From contig OZ245819.1 in assembly GCA_965228485.1 (NCBI GenBank), forward strand, positions 1,230,001-1,262,000: DNA of 32,000 nucleotides, written 5' to 3'. Each line of letters starts with the position of its first letter. Positions within the stretch are counted from its first letter, which is position 1. Shown one piece after another: positions 1-8,354 of the stretch. The notes beneath the pieces were generated by a model. It saw nothing but the letters and a program-made list of their open reading frames with translations, was not told the DNA's origin and did not search any database. A program made the position numbers and the translations under genes. The DNA is from Candidatus Saccharimonadota bacterium (GTDB lineage: Bacteria > Patescibacteriota > Gracilibacteria > UBA4473).

Positions 1-530
1 TCTCCATCCCCAACCCATTTTCCTTTAGAGAGAATAAATTGGACGGCGTAGAAACTAAACCCAAGACCTCCTGCTAGTAGATAGACGGTCCAGGGTAGTT
101 CTCGAAAGAAAGACCAGCCAAAGGCGAGAATTATAGCTGGAATTACGATCCTCAAATCTACTTCTTGGTACAGCGTATCGTAGAAGAAGAGAATAAGGCA
201 AAAAAGTGTTGTGAGCATGACGGGTATAAACTCAGGAGTATTCCAGAATTTTATGGCGAACAGAGCAAAAGTTGCCATAAAGATCAGTTCAATTAGAGGA
301 TAGGTTATACTAATTGATTTTGTACAGTACCGACACTTTCCATTTTGAACCACCCAAGAGAGCATTGGTACTAAATCTTTTGGACGAAGAGTGTTTTTGC
401 AGTCTGGACACTGAGAACGGCCTGTCATAAAGCCTGGTTTATCGAAGTGCAATCTATGGATTAGCGCTGTGGTGAAACTCCCAAAAATAGCTCCATAAAT
501 CCCTGCAATAATTCCTATAAGGTATGTCAT
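1..530 (-). CDS. pilD: Type IV prepilin leader peptidase (A24 family), N-terminal part; the gene continues past the window start
   Basis: Absent from the ORF track because it is open at the window edge. My translation from the ATG at 530-528 reads MTYLIGIIAGIYGAIFGSFTTALIHRLHFDKPGFMTGRSQCPDCKNTLRPKDLVPMLSWVVQNGKCRYCTKSISITYPLIELIFM... with no stop down to position 1. It has a CPDC...CRYC four-Cys cluster, then several hydrophobic helices, and ends in WVGDGD. This is the PilD pattern. Confidence 0.8.
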   Translation of the reverse strand, partial: MTYLIGIIAGIYGAIFGSFTTALIHRLHFDKPGFMTGRSQCPDCKNTLRPKDLVPMLSWVVQNGKCRYCTKSISITYPLIELIFMATFALFAIKFWNTPEFIPVMLTTLFCLILFFYDTLYQEVDLRIVIPAIILAFGWSFFRELPWTVYLLAGGLGFSFYAVQFILSKGKWVGDG

Positions 531-544
531 TAGTTCTATATTAT

Positions 545-1522
545 TTATTTTTGACAGGTTTCCACAATGAATTTTTCTATAGCGAGTTCAAATTCAGATT
601 GGTCATCGGTGGTAACGCTAATACCTCCAGTTTTTAATTTCGTATCGATAGATACTAAATGATTATACATTGATTTGAGTTGAGATTGACTAAAGTTTCG
701 ACTCAGTGGCATTGTTTTCTGAACAACAAATGGATGGAGTCCGTATTCTGAGGCAATTTCTTTGGCGTTTAATTGAGCTTCGATTCCAGCTTGTATTTGT
801 GTATGGATGCGAACTTCTCTGGTAATCATCGCGAATATCATATGAGGGGCTTCTCCGAGGCTTCTGAGTTCGCGAAATTTTGTTATCGCTGTTTGACTTC
901 TTTGTTGACTGAGAGAGGCAAGAAAATCCCAGATTACGACTTTTGGATGGGGAAGCGTGAGCTGATTAATAATTGCTTCGGTAATATTCTTATCCTCTTG
1001 AGCTAAGAGGCATTTCTTTATTTCCTGGCTGAGCCTCCAACAATTTTCTCCGCATCGATTGAGGAGGTGCTGGGCGGTTCTCATTTGGATTTTTCCACCT
1101 TCGTTATTGGTGTATTTGATGATCCAATCGATAAGTTCATTTTCTCCAAGGTGTTCAAAGTGTTCAATTTTGGCATTTTTTAATAAAAATTTTGAACTTT
1201 TAGTTCTTTTATCGAGCGAAACTTCACAACTGATAACAGTGGTTTGCTCCTCCATTTCTGGAAGACGTTCAAAAATTTTTGCCTTTTCTGCCTTTTCAAA
1301 ATTTTCTGGTGTCCAGAAAGTTTCAGTAATTACCAGTCTTTTGCTCGCAAAAAGGTTTGGAGTAAGGACCGCATTTTCAAATTCTGTGAAATCAGATTTT
1401 TCATCAAAAAAATCAATTTCTCCATCTGGATACTTTGCTTTAAAGGCTTTTAGATAGAAATTCTTTTTTTGGCTCAGATTAAAATCATCAGGCCCTGTAA
1501 GGAGAATCAGATTCTTAATCAT
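545..1522 (-). CDS. holA: DNA polymerase III delta subunit-like protein
   Basis: 325-aa ORF with an ATG start. The N-terminus LILLTGPDDF, the overall length and the helical C-terminal half resemble HolA. It overlaps the tsaE stop by 4 nt. Confidence 0.7.
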   Translation of the reverse strand: MIKNLILLTGPDDFNLSQKKNFYLKAFKAKYPDGEIDFFDEKSDFTEFENAVLTPNLFASKRLVITETFWTPENFEKAEKAKIFERLPEMEEQTTVISCEVSLDKRTKSSKFLLKNAKIEHFEHLGENELIDWIIKYTNNEGGKIQMRTAQHLLNRCGENCWRLSQEIKKCLLAQEDKNITEAIINQLTLPHPKVVIWDFLASLSQQRSQTAITKFRELRSLGEAPHMIFAMITREVRIHTQIQAGIEAQLNAKEIASEYGLHPFVVQKTMPLSRNFSQSQLKSMYNHLVSIDTKLKTGGISVTTDDQSEFELAIEKFIVETCQK

Positions 1523-1977
1523 TTTTTTAGCCAGGTTATTTTTCTCATTCCAACACCAATTCCAAACTCAATCTTTAGGACAAAGATTGTTCCTGTAAAG
1601 GCTGATTTAGCATTTGCATCAATTTGTTCTGGCCATTCTACGAATGATGAAGTATTGGAGTCGCCAGCAATATCTTGGAAGCCCCGGGCAAAGAAATCAC
1701 CAGCTTCTTCTAGTCTGTAAAAGTCAAAATGAGCAAAGTTTTTTTCTTTTGTTGTTTTATATTCATTTACTAGGGCGTAGGTTGGTGAAGTGATATTTTC
1801 AGTTATACCTAGATTTTCCAACATTTCTTTAGCTAAAAACGTTTTTCCAGCACCAAGAGTTCCCTCGATAAATACCGTGAATTTTTTCTCATCTTTTAAG
1901 TATTTTTCAACTAACTCTTTTGCTAATTGACGGCTCGCTTCATGGTTCGGAATATTCTTCTGGAAAATTTTTTCCAT
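1519..1977 (-). CDS. tsaE: tRNA t6A37 biosynthesis ATPase TsaE
   Basis: P-loop GTLGAGKTFLAKEM, then SPTYALVNEY and HFDFYRL, as in the TsaE/YjeE family. The track start at 1995 is a TTG. I prefer the ATG at 1977 (MEKIFQKN...). Confidence 0.85.
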   Translation of the reverse strand: MEKIFQKNIPNHEASRQLAKELVEKYLKDEKKFTVFIEGTLGAGKTFLAKEMLENLGITENITSPTYALVNEYKTTKEKNFAHFDFYRLEEAGDFFARGFQDIAGDSNTSSFVEWPEQIDANAKSAFTGTIFVLKIEFGIGVGMRKITWLKK

Positions 1978-2033
1978 TTTTGGACTTTTTAACAAATTTG
2001 TTTACACTGACGCGGACAATCTAGCAAAAAACA

Positions 2034-2582
2034 ATGAAAGTTCAATTTTATGGAGGAAATCAGTTTGGTTTAAAAACTAAAGATAGTACCGTATTTCTTA
2101 ATATTCCTGATGGAGGAGAGAAAAGTGATTTTATTGCTCTTACAACGCCAAATGCGGGAGCAAAAGGAGAGACAAAGAAATGTTTGAATCTACCGGGAGA
2201 GTTTGAAATCTCTGGTATCTTGGCTCAAGGTTTTTATGTCGATAATCGTGGAAGTATTGTTTATAAAATTACTATGGAGTCGATAACTTACGCTTACTTT
2301 GGAGGTGTTAGAGCCGTTCCTGAAACAGCCTTTTTTGAGAAATTGGGAGAAAATATTGATGTAGCGATTGTAGAAGTTAATGAAGAGCTAGATGCCAAAA
2401 AAGCAAAAGAATTGCTTGGGAAGATTGATCCACGAATGGCTATTTTTGGAGGTGAACAATCTCAAATGCCAAAAGTAGTAGAAACGTTTAGTGCTAAGAT
2501 GGCAGAAGAAATTTCTCTAGAGGTTAAAAAATCAACACTTCTAGACGATAAAACTGAGTTTTATATTCTTCCTTCAGCATAA
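2034..2582 (+). CDS. Hypothetical protein (possibly a degenerate MBL-fold/UPF0173-like protein lacking the His metal motif)
   Basis: 182-aa ORF with an ATG start in an otherwise stop-rich AT-rich background. The MKVQFYGGNQFGLK...VFLNIPDGG opening resembles small MBL-fold hydrolases, but no HxHxDH motif is present. Confidence 0.55.
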   Translation: MKVQFYGGNQFGLKTKDSTVFLNIPDGGEKSDFIALTTPNAGAKGETKKCLNLPGEFEISGILAQGFYVDNRGSIVYKITMESITYAYFGGVRAVPETAFFEKLGENIDVAIVEVNEELDAKKAKELLGKIDPRMAIFGGEQSQMPKVVETFSAKMAEEISLEVKKSTLLDDKTEFYILPSA

Positions 2583-2595
2583 GGGGTAATTTTTT

Positions 2596-2623
2596 TTGAC
2601 GGCGAAAAGATTTTGTCTAATAT
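2596..2623 (+). promoter_or_regulatory. Candidate sigma70-type promoter for the tRNA pair
   Basis: TTGACG (2596-2601), a 16-nt spacer, then TAATAT (2618-2623), about 33 nt upstream of tRNA-Val. Confidence 0.4.
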
Positions 2624-2656
2624 CCGTCAGCTGTTTGATTTTTAACATTTTGTTAA

Positions 2657-2733
2657 GAGCGATTAGCTCAGCTGGCTAGAGCGCCTGCTTGACTCGCAGG
2701 AGGTCACAGGTTCAAATCCTGTATCGCTCACCA
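2657..2733 (+). tRNA. tRNA-Val (anticodon GAC at 2691-2693), CCA encoded
   Basis: Folded by hand. Acceptor stem GAGCGAT/ATCGCTC, D arm GCTC/GAGC, anticodon stem CCTGC/GCAGG with loop TTGACTC, T arm ACAGG-TTCAAAT-CCTGT, discriminator A, then CCA. Confidence 0.85.
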
Positions 2734-2750
2734 GTTAATCTCTTTTATGT

Positions 2751-2825
2751 GGCGCGGTAGCTCAGTGGTAGAGCAAAGGATTGAAAATCCTTGTGTCGGT
2801 AGTTCAATTCTACCTCGCGCCACCA
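2751..2825 (+). tRNA. tRNA-Phe (anticodon GAA at 2783-2785), CCA encoded
   Basis: Folded by hand. Acceptor stem GGCGCGG/TCGCGCC (one G-U pair), D arm GCTC/GAGC, anticodon stem AAGGA/TCCTT with loop TTGAAAA, T arm GGTAG-TTCAATT-CTACC, then A and CCA. Confidence 0.9.
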
Positions 2826-2921
2826 TATACTTATTAAGCCTTTTATAGAAAGGTTCTTTGGTATTTCAATAAATGTACTTTCCGAAAATAGTTGCTTAAT
2901 TTACGTAGTAAATTGTTTAAA

Positions 2922-3233
2922 TTATAAGCCACTACGACTAGGGTCATCTCCGCCGTAGGCACCATATTGTTTTTCTTTTTGCCGTTGAAGCTCTTCCCAT
3001 GTTATTGAAGAAGGGCCGCCATCAGGGTCTACAAGTGGAGAATCGCATACTCCTTGGTGATCTACAAATTCACTTAGCCCAGCAAGTTCTTGGTGGAAGT
3101 CCATACAAGCTTTATCTTTTTCAGCGGTGCCTTCATTTCCTTCTGTTTGTTGTGTAATCTCGGCGTTTCCACCTTCTGGTCCGTTATATAAGAACTTATG
3201 GGGTGTTGAATTCGAAAAATATAATAATTTCAT
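2922..3233 (-). CDS. Hypothetical protein (103 aa, Gly/Glu/Asp-rich, two Cys)
   Basis: ATG-initiated ORF with no recognisable motif. An ORF this long is unlikely by chance in AT-rich DNA. Confidence 0.45.
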   Translation of the reverse strand: MKLLYFSNSTPHKFLYNGPEGGNAEITQQTEGNEGTAEKDKACMDFHQELAGLSEFVDHQGVCDSPLVDPDGGPSSITWEELQRQKEKQYGAYGGDDPSRSGL

Positions 3234-3253
3234 CGTGTCATTTTAACATGATA

Positions 3254-3282
3254 TTGGTAAAAATGCAAATACAACGTATAAT
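3254..3282 (+). promoter_or_regulatory. Orphan sigma70-like promoter
   Basis: TTGGTA (3254-3259), a 17-nt spacer, then a perfect TATAAT (3277-3282). No protein gene follows before the hairpin at 3320-3356. Confidence 0.4.
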
Positions 3283-3288
3283 TTATTG

Positions 3289-3357
3289 TGAAATATGGTA
3301 GGAAATAGTGAAATAAATAAAAATGAGCGATAACTTGAATAGTTATCGCTCATTTTG
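3289..3357 (+). ncRNA. Candidate small RNA (about 65-70 nt) bounded by the orphan promoter and a 16-bp hairpin
   Basis: The predicted transcription start lies about 7 nt after the TATAAT. The transcript would end at the hairpin AAAATGAGCGATAACT-TGAAT-AGTTATCGCTCATTTT. It has no known family resemblance. Confidence 0.25.
3320..3356. terminator. Strong hairpin with an A-tract and T-tract (bidirectional terminator-like)
   Basis: 16-bp perfect stem (3320-3335 / 3341-3356) with a 5-nt loop. T-rich sequence follows on both strands. Confidence 0.5.
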
Positions 3358-3481
3358 AAATGCTTTGGTGATTAATAGAAAGAAATTCTAATACTCCTAA
3401 ATTACTTATGAGTATTTTTAGGCATGTCTAAGTAACCTAGATTGTTTGACGTATTCTTTATAGGAAATATTCTGATCAAAC

Positions 3482-3748
3482 ATGGATGATTTAAATCATA
3501 TTACTCCCGATGATATTTCTCAGTTGGGAGATCAACTCGGTAGCGACCACGCAAAAATACAATTGGCTCGGACATTTTTGAGTCTTACTGAAGATGATGA
3601 GAAAGCAATTTTAACTCCAGAAATTCTTAAAGAATTTGGGGAAAGGCTTGCAGATCCCGATGCGCTTATGGCGGGGACAGGAGTGCTTAGTTGGCAAAAT
3701 TGTTGTCGTCGTCATACAGCTTTGTACTATTTGTCTAATGATGTTTGA
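3482..3748 (+). CDS. Hypothetical protein (88 aa, acidic)
   Basis: ATG ORF whose stop overlaps the miaA ATGATG start by 11 nt (AATGATGTTTGA). No recognisable motif. Confidence 0.45.
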   Translation: MDDLNHITPDDISQLGDQLGSDHAKIQLARTFLSLTEDDEKAILTPEILKEFGERLADPDALMAGTGVLSWQNCCRRHTALYYLSNDV

Positions 3749-4502
3749 TGATTTATTGGCGAAAGTTATAGATTTTTATGAGTACAATAACCATGGAGTG
3801 GTTGAGATTGTCGGTGCAACAGCAAGTGGTAAGACTGGTTTGTCGGTGAAGTTAGCTAAAGCACTGCTTGAAACTGGGAAGAAGGTTGAAATTATTTCTG
3901 TGGACTCACGACAAGTTTATAGAGATTGTGATATTAGTTCGGCAAAAATTACGGTTGAAGAGATGGAAGGAATTCCTCACCATGGGATTGATATTGTTGA
4001 TCTTGATGAAGAATATTCAGTTTATGATTGGCAGCAGTATGCTTTTAAGACGATTAAAGAAATTCATGAGAGAGGGAATTTAGTAATGTTGGCAGGAGGA
4101 ACCATGATGTGGCTTGATGCGGTGAGTGAGAATTATGATTTTGATGTCAAAGGAACTAAGTCTGATAGGAGAAAAAAGCCTTTGTGGGATTTTATGAAAG
4201 TGGGTATCCATTGGTCTCGAGAAGAGTTGTATCAAAGAATTAATAATAGAGCTGTAGACCATTTTGAAAATGGGTTGATAGAAGAAACTCAACGTATTTT
4301 AAGAAAATATCCAGACATTACGAAGAATGCTTTTACGAGTTTTGGATATCAGGAGATACAGAAATATTTAAAAGGGGAGATTTCTTACGAAGAAGCCTTG
4401 GCTTCTAATCAACAAAGGAATCGTAATTATGCTAAAAAACAACTTACCTGGTGGAGAGGAAGAGATGATATTATTTGGGTTGAAGGGAAAAGCTTAGCTT
4501 AG
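3738..4502 (+). CDS. miaA: tRNA dimethylallyltransferase (short form)
   Basis: P-loop GATASGKTGLSVKLA, then SVDSRQVYRDCDISSAK, GIPHHGIDI and YAKKQLTWWR, as in MiaA. The track start at 3636 is a TTG extension. I prefer the ATG at 3738 (MMFDDLL...). Confidence 0.85.
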   Translation: MMFDDLLAKVIDFYEYNNHGVVEIVGATASGKTGLSVKLAKALLETGKKVEIISVDSRQVYRDCDISSAKITVEEMEGIPHHGIDIVDLDEEYSVYDWQQYAFKTIKEIHERGNLVMLAGGTMMWLDAVSENYDFDVKGTKSDRRKKPLWDFMKVGIHWSREELYQRINNRAVDHFENGLIEETQRILRKYPDITKNAFTSFGYQEIQKYLKGEISYEEALASNQQRNRNYAKKQLTWWRGRDDIIWVEGKSLA

Positions 4503-4832
4503 GGCTGTGCCATTTAGAATTGGATGGGTGCTTGTGCTGAGAATTACTTTTTTGTTTCTAACGAAACCCGTAATTAGAATTTCTGACATAAAATTAGCTA
4601 TCTGTTTGGGCTCAAAGTTAACAACACAGATAACTTGCATACCTATAAGTTCCTCAATGCTATAATTAGTAATTTGAGCTGAAGATTTTTTTATCCCTAT
4701 AGACTCCCCTAAATCAACCCACACTTTATAAGCGGGGTTTTTAGCTTCTAAAAAAGTCTCTGCTTTGATAATAGTTCCAATACGTAGGTCTACTTTTTCA
4801 AAATCGGACCAGTTAATAGTATTTTTGATCAT
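4494..4832 (-). CDS. tRNA-binding domain protein (CsaA/YgjH/EMAP-like)
   Basis: 112 aa. FEKVDLRIGTIIKAE...NPAYKVWVDLG...KSSAQIT is typical of the OB-fold tRNA-binding (CsaA) domain. Confidence 0.8.
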   Translation of the reverse strand: MIKNTINWSDFEKVDLRIGTIIKAETFLEAKNPAYKVWVDLGESIGIKKSSAQITNYSIEELIGMQVICVVNFEPKQIANFMSEILITGFVRNKKVILSTSTHPILNGTALS

Positions 4833-4834
4833 TA

Positions 4835-6193
4835 TTAGAAACCAGCTTGTTTGTGTTCTCTGTCTAAGTCTGCGAATTTCATTCGAGATTTGTCGAAAAA
4901 TAACCGTAATTTACCGATGGGGCCATTACGGTGCTTAATTACATTCACCTCTAGAGTGTTTTTGTCGTCTTCGGGACAATCTTCGTTGTAGTAGTCTTCT
5001 CTGTAAAGCATCATGATAATGTCGGCATCTTGCTCAATTGATCCTGAATCTCTTAAGTCTGACATAATTGGTCGTTTATCTGGTCGACTTTCTACTGAAC
5101 GAGAAAGTTGAGATAGAGCAATAATTGGGATATTGAGCTCTCGAGCGAGTTCTTTTAGGTTTCGTGAAATTTCTGAAATTTCTTGCACTCGATTCATTGG
5201 GTTTTCTCCACTCATTAGCTGAAGATAATCGATCATTAGTAGGTCTAGTCCATGTTCCATCTGTAGTCTTCGAACTTTTGCCTTGAGTTCTGCGATGGAG
5301 GATCCCATCGCGTCGTCAATAAAGATATTGGCTTGCCCTAGTTGATCCATTACAGGACCCATTCGTTCAAAATCGGCATCATCAAGCTTTCCTTTGTGAA
5401 GCCTCCAGGAATCAACTCCAAGAAGTCCACAAAACATTCTTTCTACGAGTTGCTCTTTTGACATCTCTAGTGAAATAACCCCAACTTTTTGTCCTCCTTG
5501 GATAGCGGCATTTTGACACATGGCGAGAGAAAGGGCTGTTTTCCCCATTGATGGTCGAGCGGCTAAGATGATTAAATCCGATCTATTTAGACCTCCATTA
5601 AGTTTGTTATCAACAGTATTAAAATATGTTTTGATTCTATTTGCATTTGCGAGTTCTGGATTTTCATGGATTTCGGCAAATCGTTCGTAGCTTGTATTTA
5701 AGATCTCTTTAATAGAGATAAACCTATTTTTTAGAAATGTTTGAGTGAGAGAGAAAATTTCTTTTTCGGCTTTCTCTAATAATTTTTCCATCTTTTCATC
5801 CGCTTCATATCCTAGAGCCGTGATGTTCTGTCCAGCATAAATGAGTTTTCTTAGCGTAGCATGATGTTTAACAATTTGAGCATATTTAAATATATGCGTT
5901 GAAACTGGGACACTGTTTTGTAATTCTGCTAAAAATTCAGGTCCTCCGACTACTTCTAATTTTTCTTTTGCTTGGAGTTTTGTCGAAACGGTAACAACGT
6001 CGATTGGTTCCGATCTTTGAAATAGTTCTAAACAGCATTCATAAACAAATTTATGATGGTCATGATAGAAATCGCTAGAGTCTAAGAAATCGGCAATTTT
6101 AAGTGTGGCGTCTTTATCGAGTAGAAGACAACCTAAAACGGATTTTTCTGCCTCTAAAGCCTGAGGCGTAATTTTCTGATTTTTGGTATCCAT
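4835..6193 (-). CDS. dnaB: Replicative DNA helicase DnaB
   Basis: N-terminal PQALEAEKSVLGCLLLD, Walker A ARPSMGKTALSL, then IDYLQLM and SQLSRSVE motifs. The track start is a TTG at 6208; the ATG at 6193 is preferred. Confidence 0.95.
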   Translation of the reverse strand: MDTKNQKITPQALEAEKSVLGCLLLDKDATLKIADFLDSSDFYHDHHKFVYECCLELFQRSEPIDVVTVSTKLQAKEKLEVVGGPEFLAELQNSVPVSTHIFKYAQIVKHHATLRKLIYAGQNITALGYEADEKMEKLLEKAEKEIFSLTQTFLKNRFISIKEILNTSYERFAEIHENPELANANRIKTYFNTVDNKLNGGLNRSDLIILAARPSMGKTALSLAMCQNAAIQGGQKVGVISLEMSKEQLVERMFCGLLGVDSWRLHKGKLDDADFERMGPVMDQLGQANIFIDDAMGSSIAELKAKVRRLQMEHGLDLLMIDYLQLMSGENPMNRVQEISEISRNLKELARELNIPIIALSQLSRSVESRPDKRPIMSDLRDSGSIEQDADIIMMLYREDYYNEDCPEDDKNTLEVNVIKHRNGPIGKLRLFFDKSRMKFADLDREHKQAGF

Positions 6194-6235
6194 GGGTGCT
6201 AAAATCAATAATGATTTTTTTCTCTTACGTCAAAG

Positions 6236-6265
6236 AAAAACAGAGGCATATAGCCTCTGTTTTTT
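6236..6265 (-). terminator. Rho-independent terminator downstream of the 6289-6954 gene
   Basis: Stem CAGAGGC/GCCTCTG (6241-6247 / 6253-6259) with a 5-nt loop, flanked by A5 and T6 runs, 24 nt after the stop codon. Confidence 0.7.
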
Positions 6266-6288
6266 GAAAAAATTTTAATATTTTTTAC

Positions 6289-6954
6289 TTACTCTTGTTC
6301 TGTAGAGAACATGTAAGGGTGCATAAGATTCCATCTCCAGTCACCTCGTCGAGTAGTTTTTGATTGATAACCAGTTGGAACTTGGTCAGCTTTGTCTAAT
6401 TGTCTTTGTGCCGCTCGTACTTGGCTTAGGATGTCTGCGTAGTTTTTATTTCCAGATTCATTATAGAAGGCTCTTTGAACTCGGTGAGTTTGACCGTTGA
6501 TTACGTTTTCAGAAAGGGCTTTTTTTCCAGCTTCTCCACCTTCAACGTAGTAGTCGTAGGCTCGTACTCGAAAATTTCTTTTTGGATTATTTGGTACAGT
6601 TGTATTTAATCCAGAGTTAGCTCTTCGATCTTCATAGTAAGGGACGTCTTGAAGCTCTCCATCTCTTTCTAGGAAAGTAGATTTTTGGTTTACGTTTGAT
6701 TGTGCTCTACTAGCAATGTGTCTCATGTATTGAGATTTTCTGTTTTTTGAGGCGTTTGTTCGGATTTTTTTTCTTAGGTAGTTGTAGTAACGTTGCTTCA
6801 TAGCATCTTGTAGCAAATCTTCTGAATAGATTCGTCCAAGACGACTTTGTGTCGGATCTGCAAATCCATCATCTCGTGCTTCATCATAAGCAAATGCAGA
6901 CTGTGCTGTGATAGCCAGCCCAAATAAAAGTGCGTAAGTAGTAAATTTTTTCAT
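6289..6954 (-). CDS. Secreted hypothetical protein (basic, Tyr/Arg-rich)
   Basis: The ATG at 6954 gives MKKFTTYALLFGLAITAQSAFA, a clear signal peptide. The track start at 7023 is a TTG extension. No known domain recognised. Confidence 0.65.
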   Translation of the reverse strand: MKKFTTYALLFGLAITAQSAFAYDEARDDGFADPTQSRLGRIYSEDLLQDAMKQRYYNYLRKKIRTNASKNRKSQYMRHIASRAQSNVNQKSTFLERDGELQDVPYYEDRRANSGLNTTVPNNPKRNFRVRAYDYYVEGGEAGKKALSENVINGQTHRVQRAFYNESGNKNYADILSQVRAAQRQLDKADQVPTGYQSKTTRRGDWRWNLMHPYMFSTEQE

Positions 6955-7156
6955 GGTTAATATTTTATTACGAAATTTTGAGGGTTCATCCTGAATTTTA
7001 AAATTAGTTTTGTCGTGAGGCAAATGAATTTAGGACATTTATGCAGTCTTTGATTTTAATATCAATGAATTATTGAACTCTTATTGTAAAGCTGGAAAAT
7101 TTTGTGTAAGAAATTTAAATCTCTAGAATGCTCTAAGAAATTAATTATTAGCAGTC

Positions 7157-7459
7157 ATGAAAAAATCATTGAGCGGGAATCTTAAATTTGGAACCATTGT
7201 TTTAGTAGCTTGGCTTATTTTCTCTGTTGCCTACATTGCTATGGATATGTGGAGAGGAGGGCTGAAGCTTGCAAATAAGCTTGGTTATGAAAAAGCTTAT
7301 GTAGAAGTAATTAGTCGAAGTCAGGGATGTGAACCTTTTCGACTTTTTGCTGGAGAAGTAGCGGTAGATCTTATCAATGTTGCTTGCCTACAACAATCAC
7401 AAGAAGGTTCTTCGGACAATCAAGCTTCAGACGAGGAAGCGATAGAAGAAATAAATTAG
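7157..7459 (+). CDS. Small membrane-anchored hypothetical protein with an acidic tail
   Basis: 100 aa with one N-terminal TM helix (GTIVLVAWLIFSVAYIAM) and a terminator right after the stop. Confidence 0.55.
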   Translation: MKKSLSGNLKFGTIVLVAWLIFSVAYIAMDMWRGGLKLANKLGYEKAYVEVISRSQGCEPFRLFAGEVAVDLINVACLQQSQEGSSDNQASDEEAIEEIN

Positions 7460-7481
7460 TTTAACTTTGTAAAAATTAAAT

Positions 7482-7512
7482 AAAAAGAGTCTGACATATA
7501 CAGACTCTTTTT
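7482..7512. terminator. Bidirectional rho-independent terminator between convergent genes
   Basis: AAAAAGAGTCTG (7482-7493) pairs with CAGACTCTTTTT (7501-7512) around a 7-nt loop. Confidence 0.75.
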
Positions 7513-7533
7513 ATTTAGATTGTTCCGAATATT

Positions 7534-8304
7534 TTAGATGTCGTCAAAACCATCCTCTTCGATTTCTTCTTTTTCTCCGTAGTCTCCACCAAACCGTTTT
7601 TCACTATCTAGAAAATCATTATGATAGGTTTCTTGCAACCAGTAATAGAACATTTGGCTGATTCCAGAACCCGCTCCGATATTCCCTAGAAGGAGGGGGA
7701 GTGCTAGGAAAGTAACAATGGTTGGATTTCCAAATCCAATCATGTTCATAACGATGAAGAATAGGGCTAAACCAGTAATAAATCCGTATAAACTTACCAA
7801 TAAATAACGTCGAGTACTGAGAATCTCTAGAGCCAGGAAGGTAAACATACTTGCTATGATAGCGTGAGCTAGAGCTGTTAGGGCTACTCCAGGAGCTCCG
7901 TATACCCCACTAGAAATAATGTAGATAGGGATAAAAAGAAACAAAATACAAAGATTTCCAAGGAAAGCTTGTGTGAGATTTGTTGATTTTCTAAAGTACT
8001 TGGACTCTACGGTAGAGCTAATCATACAGTGAAATAGATTGGCCACTAGAGTGGCGAGAAATACGGCTAAGATTACAACACTTAAAAATAGAGGGTGAGT
8101 TTCTTCTCTGTGAGTTAAAACTTCTCCAAATTCATTGACGGTTTGGTATGTTGTAGGGAGTAGAACTTCTCCCACAACCGACCAAGTAAGCAATAGCACA
8201 ATTCCCAAAACGATAGTTCCCACTCCACCAGATCCGAGTCCCAGAGCAAACTTTAAAAAAACTTTAGAAAGAGTTACTTCTGCAAGTTGTTGTTTTTCAT
8301 CCAT
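7534..8304 (-). CDS. Polytopic membrane protein, hypothetical, with an acidic C-terminus
   Basis: About 7 hydrophobic helices. The track start at 8358 is a TTG overlapping the trmD stop (TTGA). The ATG at 8304 (MDEKQQLAEV...) is an equally plausible start. Confidence 0.6.
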   Translation of the reverse strand: MDEKQQLAEVTLSKVFLKFALGLGSGGVGTIVLGIVLLLTWSVVGEVLLPTTYQTVNEFGEVLTHREETHPLFLSVVILAVFLATLVANLFHCMISSTVESKYFRKSTNLTQAFLGNLCILFLFIPIYIISSGVYGAPGVALTALAHAIIASMFTFLALEILSTRRYLLVSLYGFITGLALFFIVMNMIGFGNPTIVTFLALPLLLGNIGAGSGISQMFYYWLQETYHNDFLDSEKRFGGDYGEKEEIEEDGFDDI

Positions 8305-8354
8305 ATTTATTTTGTTTTTTGTTCCTCTAATTGTACCAAAGAATAAGGTTTTTT

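Noticed and set aside
773-1720. Plus-strand ORFs 773-1006, 1059-1457, 1244-1453 and 1469-1720 from the track
   Set aside because: They lie entirely antisense to the well-supported holA and tsaE genes. Their low-complexity Phe/Ser/Lys-rich translations are typical of shadow frames in AT-rich DNA.
2826-3480. Region downstream of the tRNA pair as a possible genomic-island or phage integration site
   Set aside because: There is no integrase, no visible direct repeat of the tRNA-Phe 3' end, and no mobile-element genes. Only one small hypothetical ORF is present.
3636-3737. TTG-initiated 5' extension of miaA (the track start at 3636). Similar non-ATG extensions occur at 10471 (aroA, GTG), 22857 (lysE, TTG), 7023, 6208, 1995 and 28482.
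   Set aside because: The extensions add non-homologous residues, overlap upstream genes, and are followed by in-frame ATGs that give canonical N-termini.
3868-4292. ORFs 3868-4083 (+) and 4080-4292 (-) inside miaA
   Set aside because: They are alternative-frame or antisense shadows of miaA and have no motifs.
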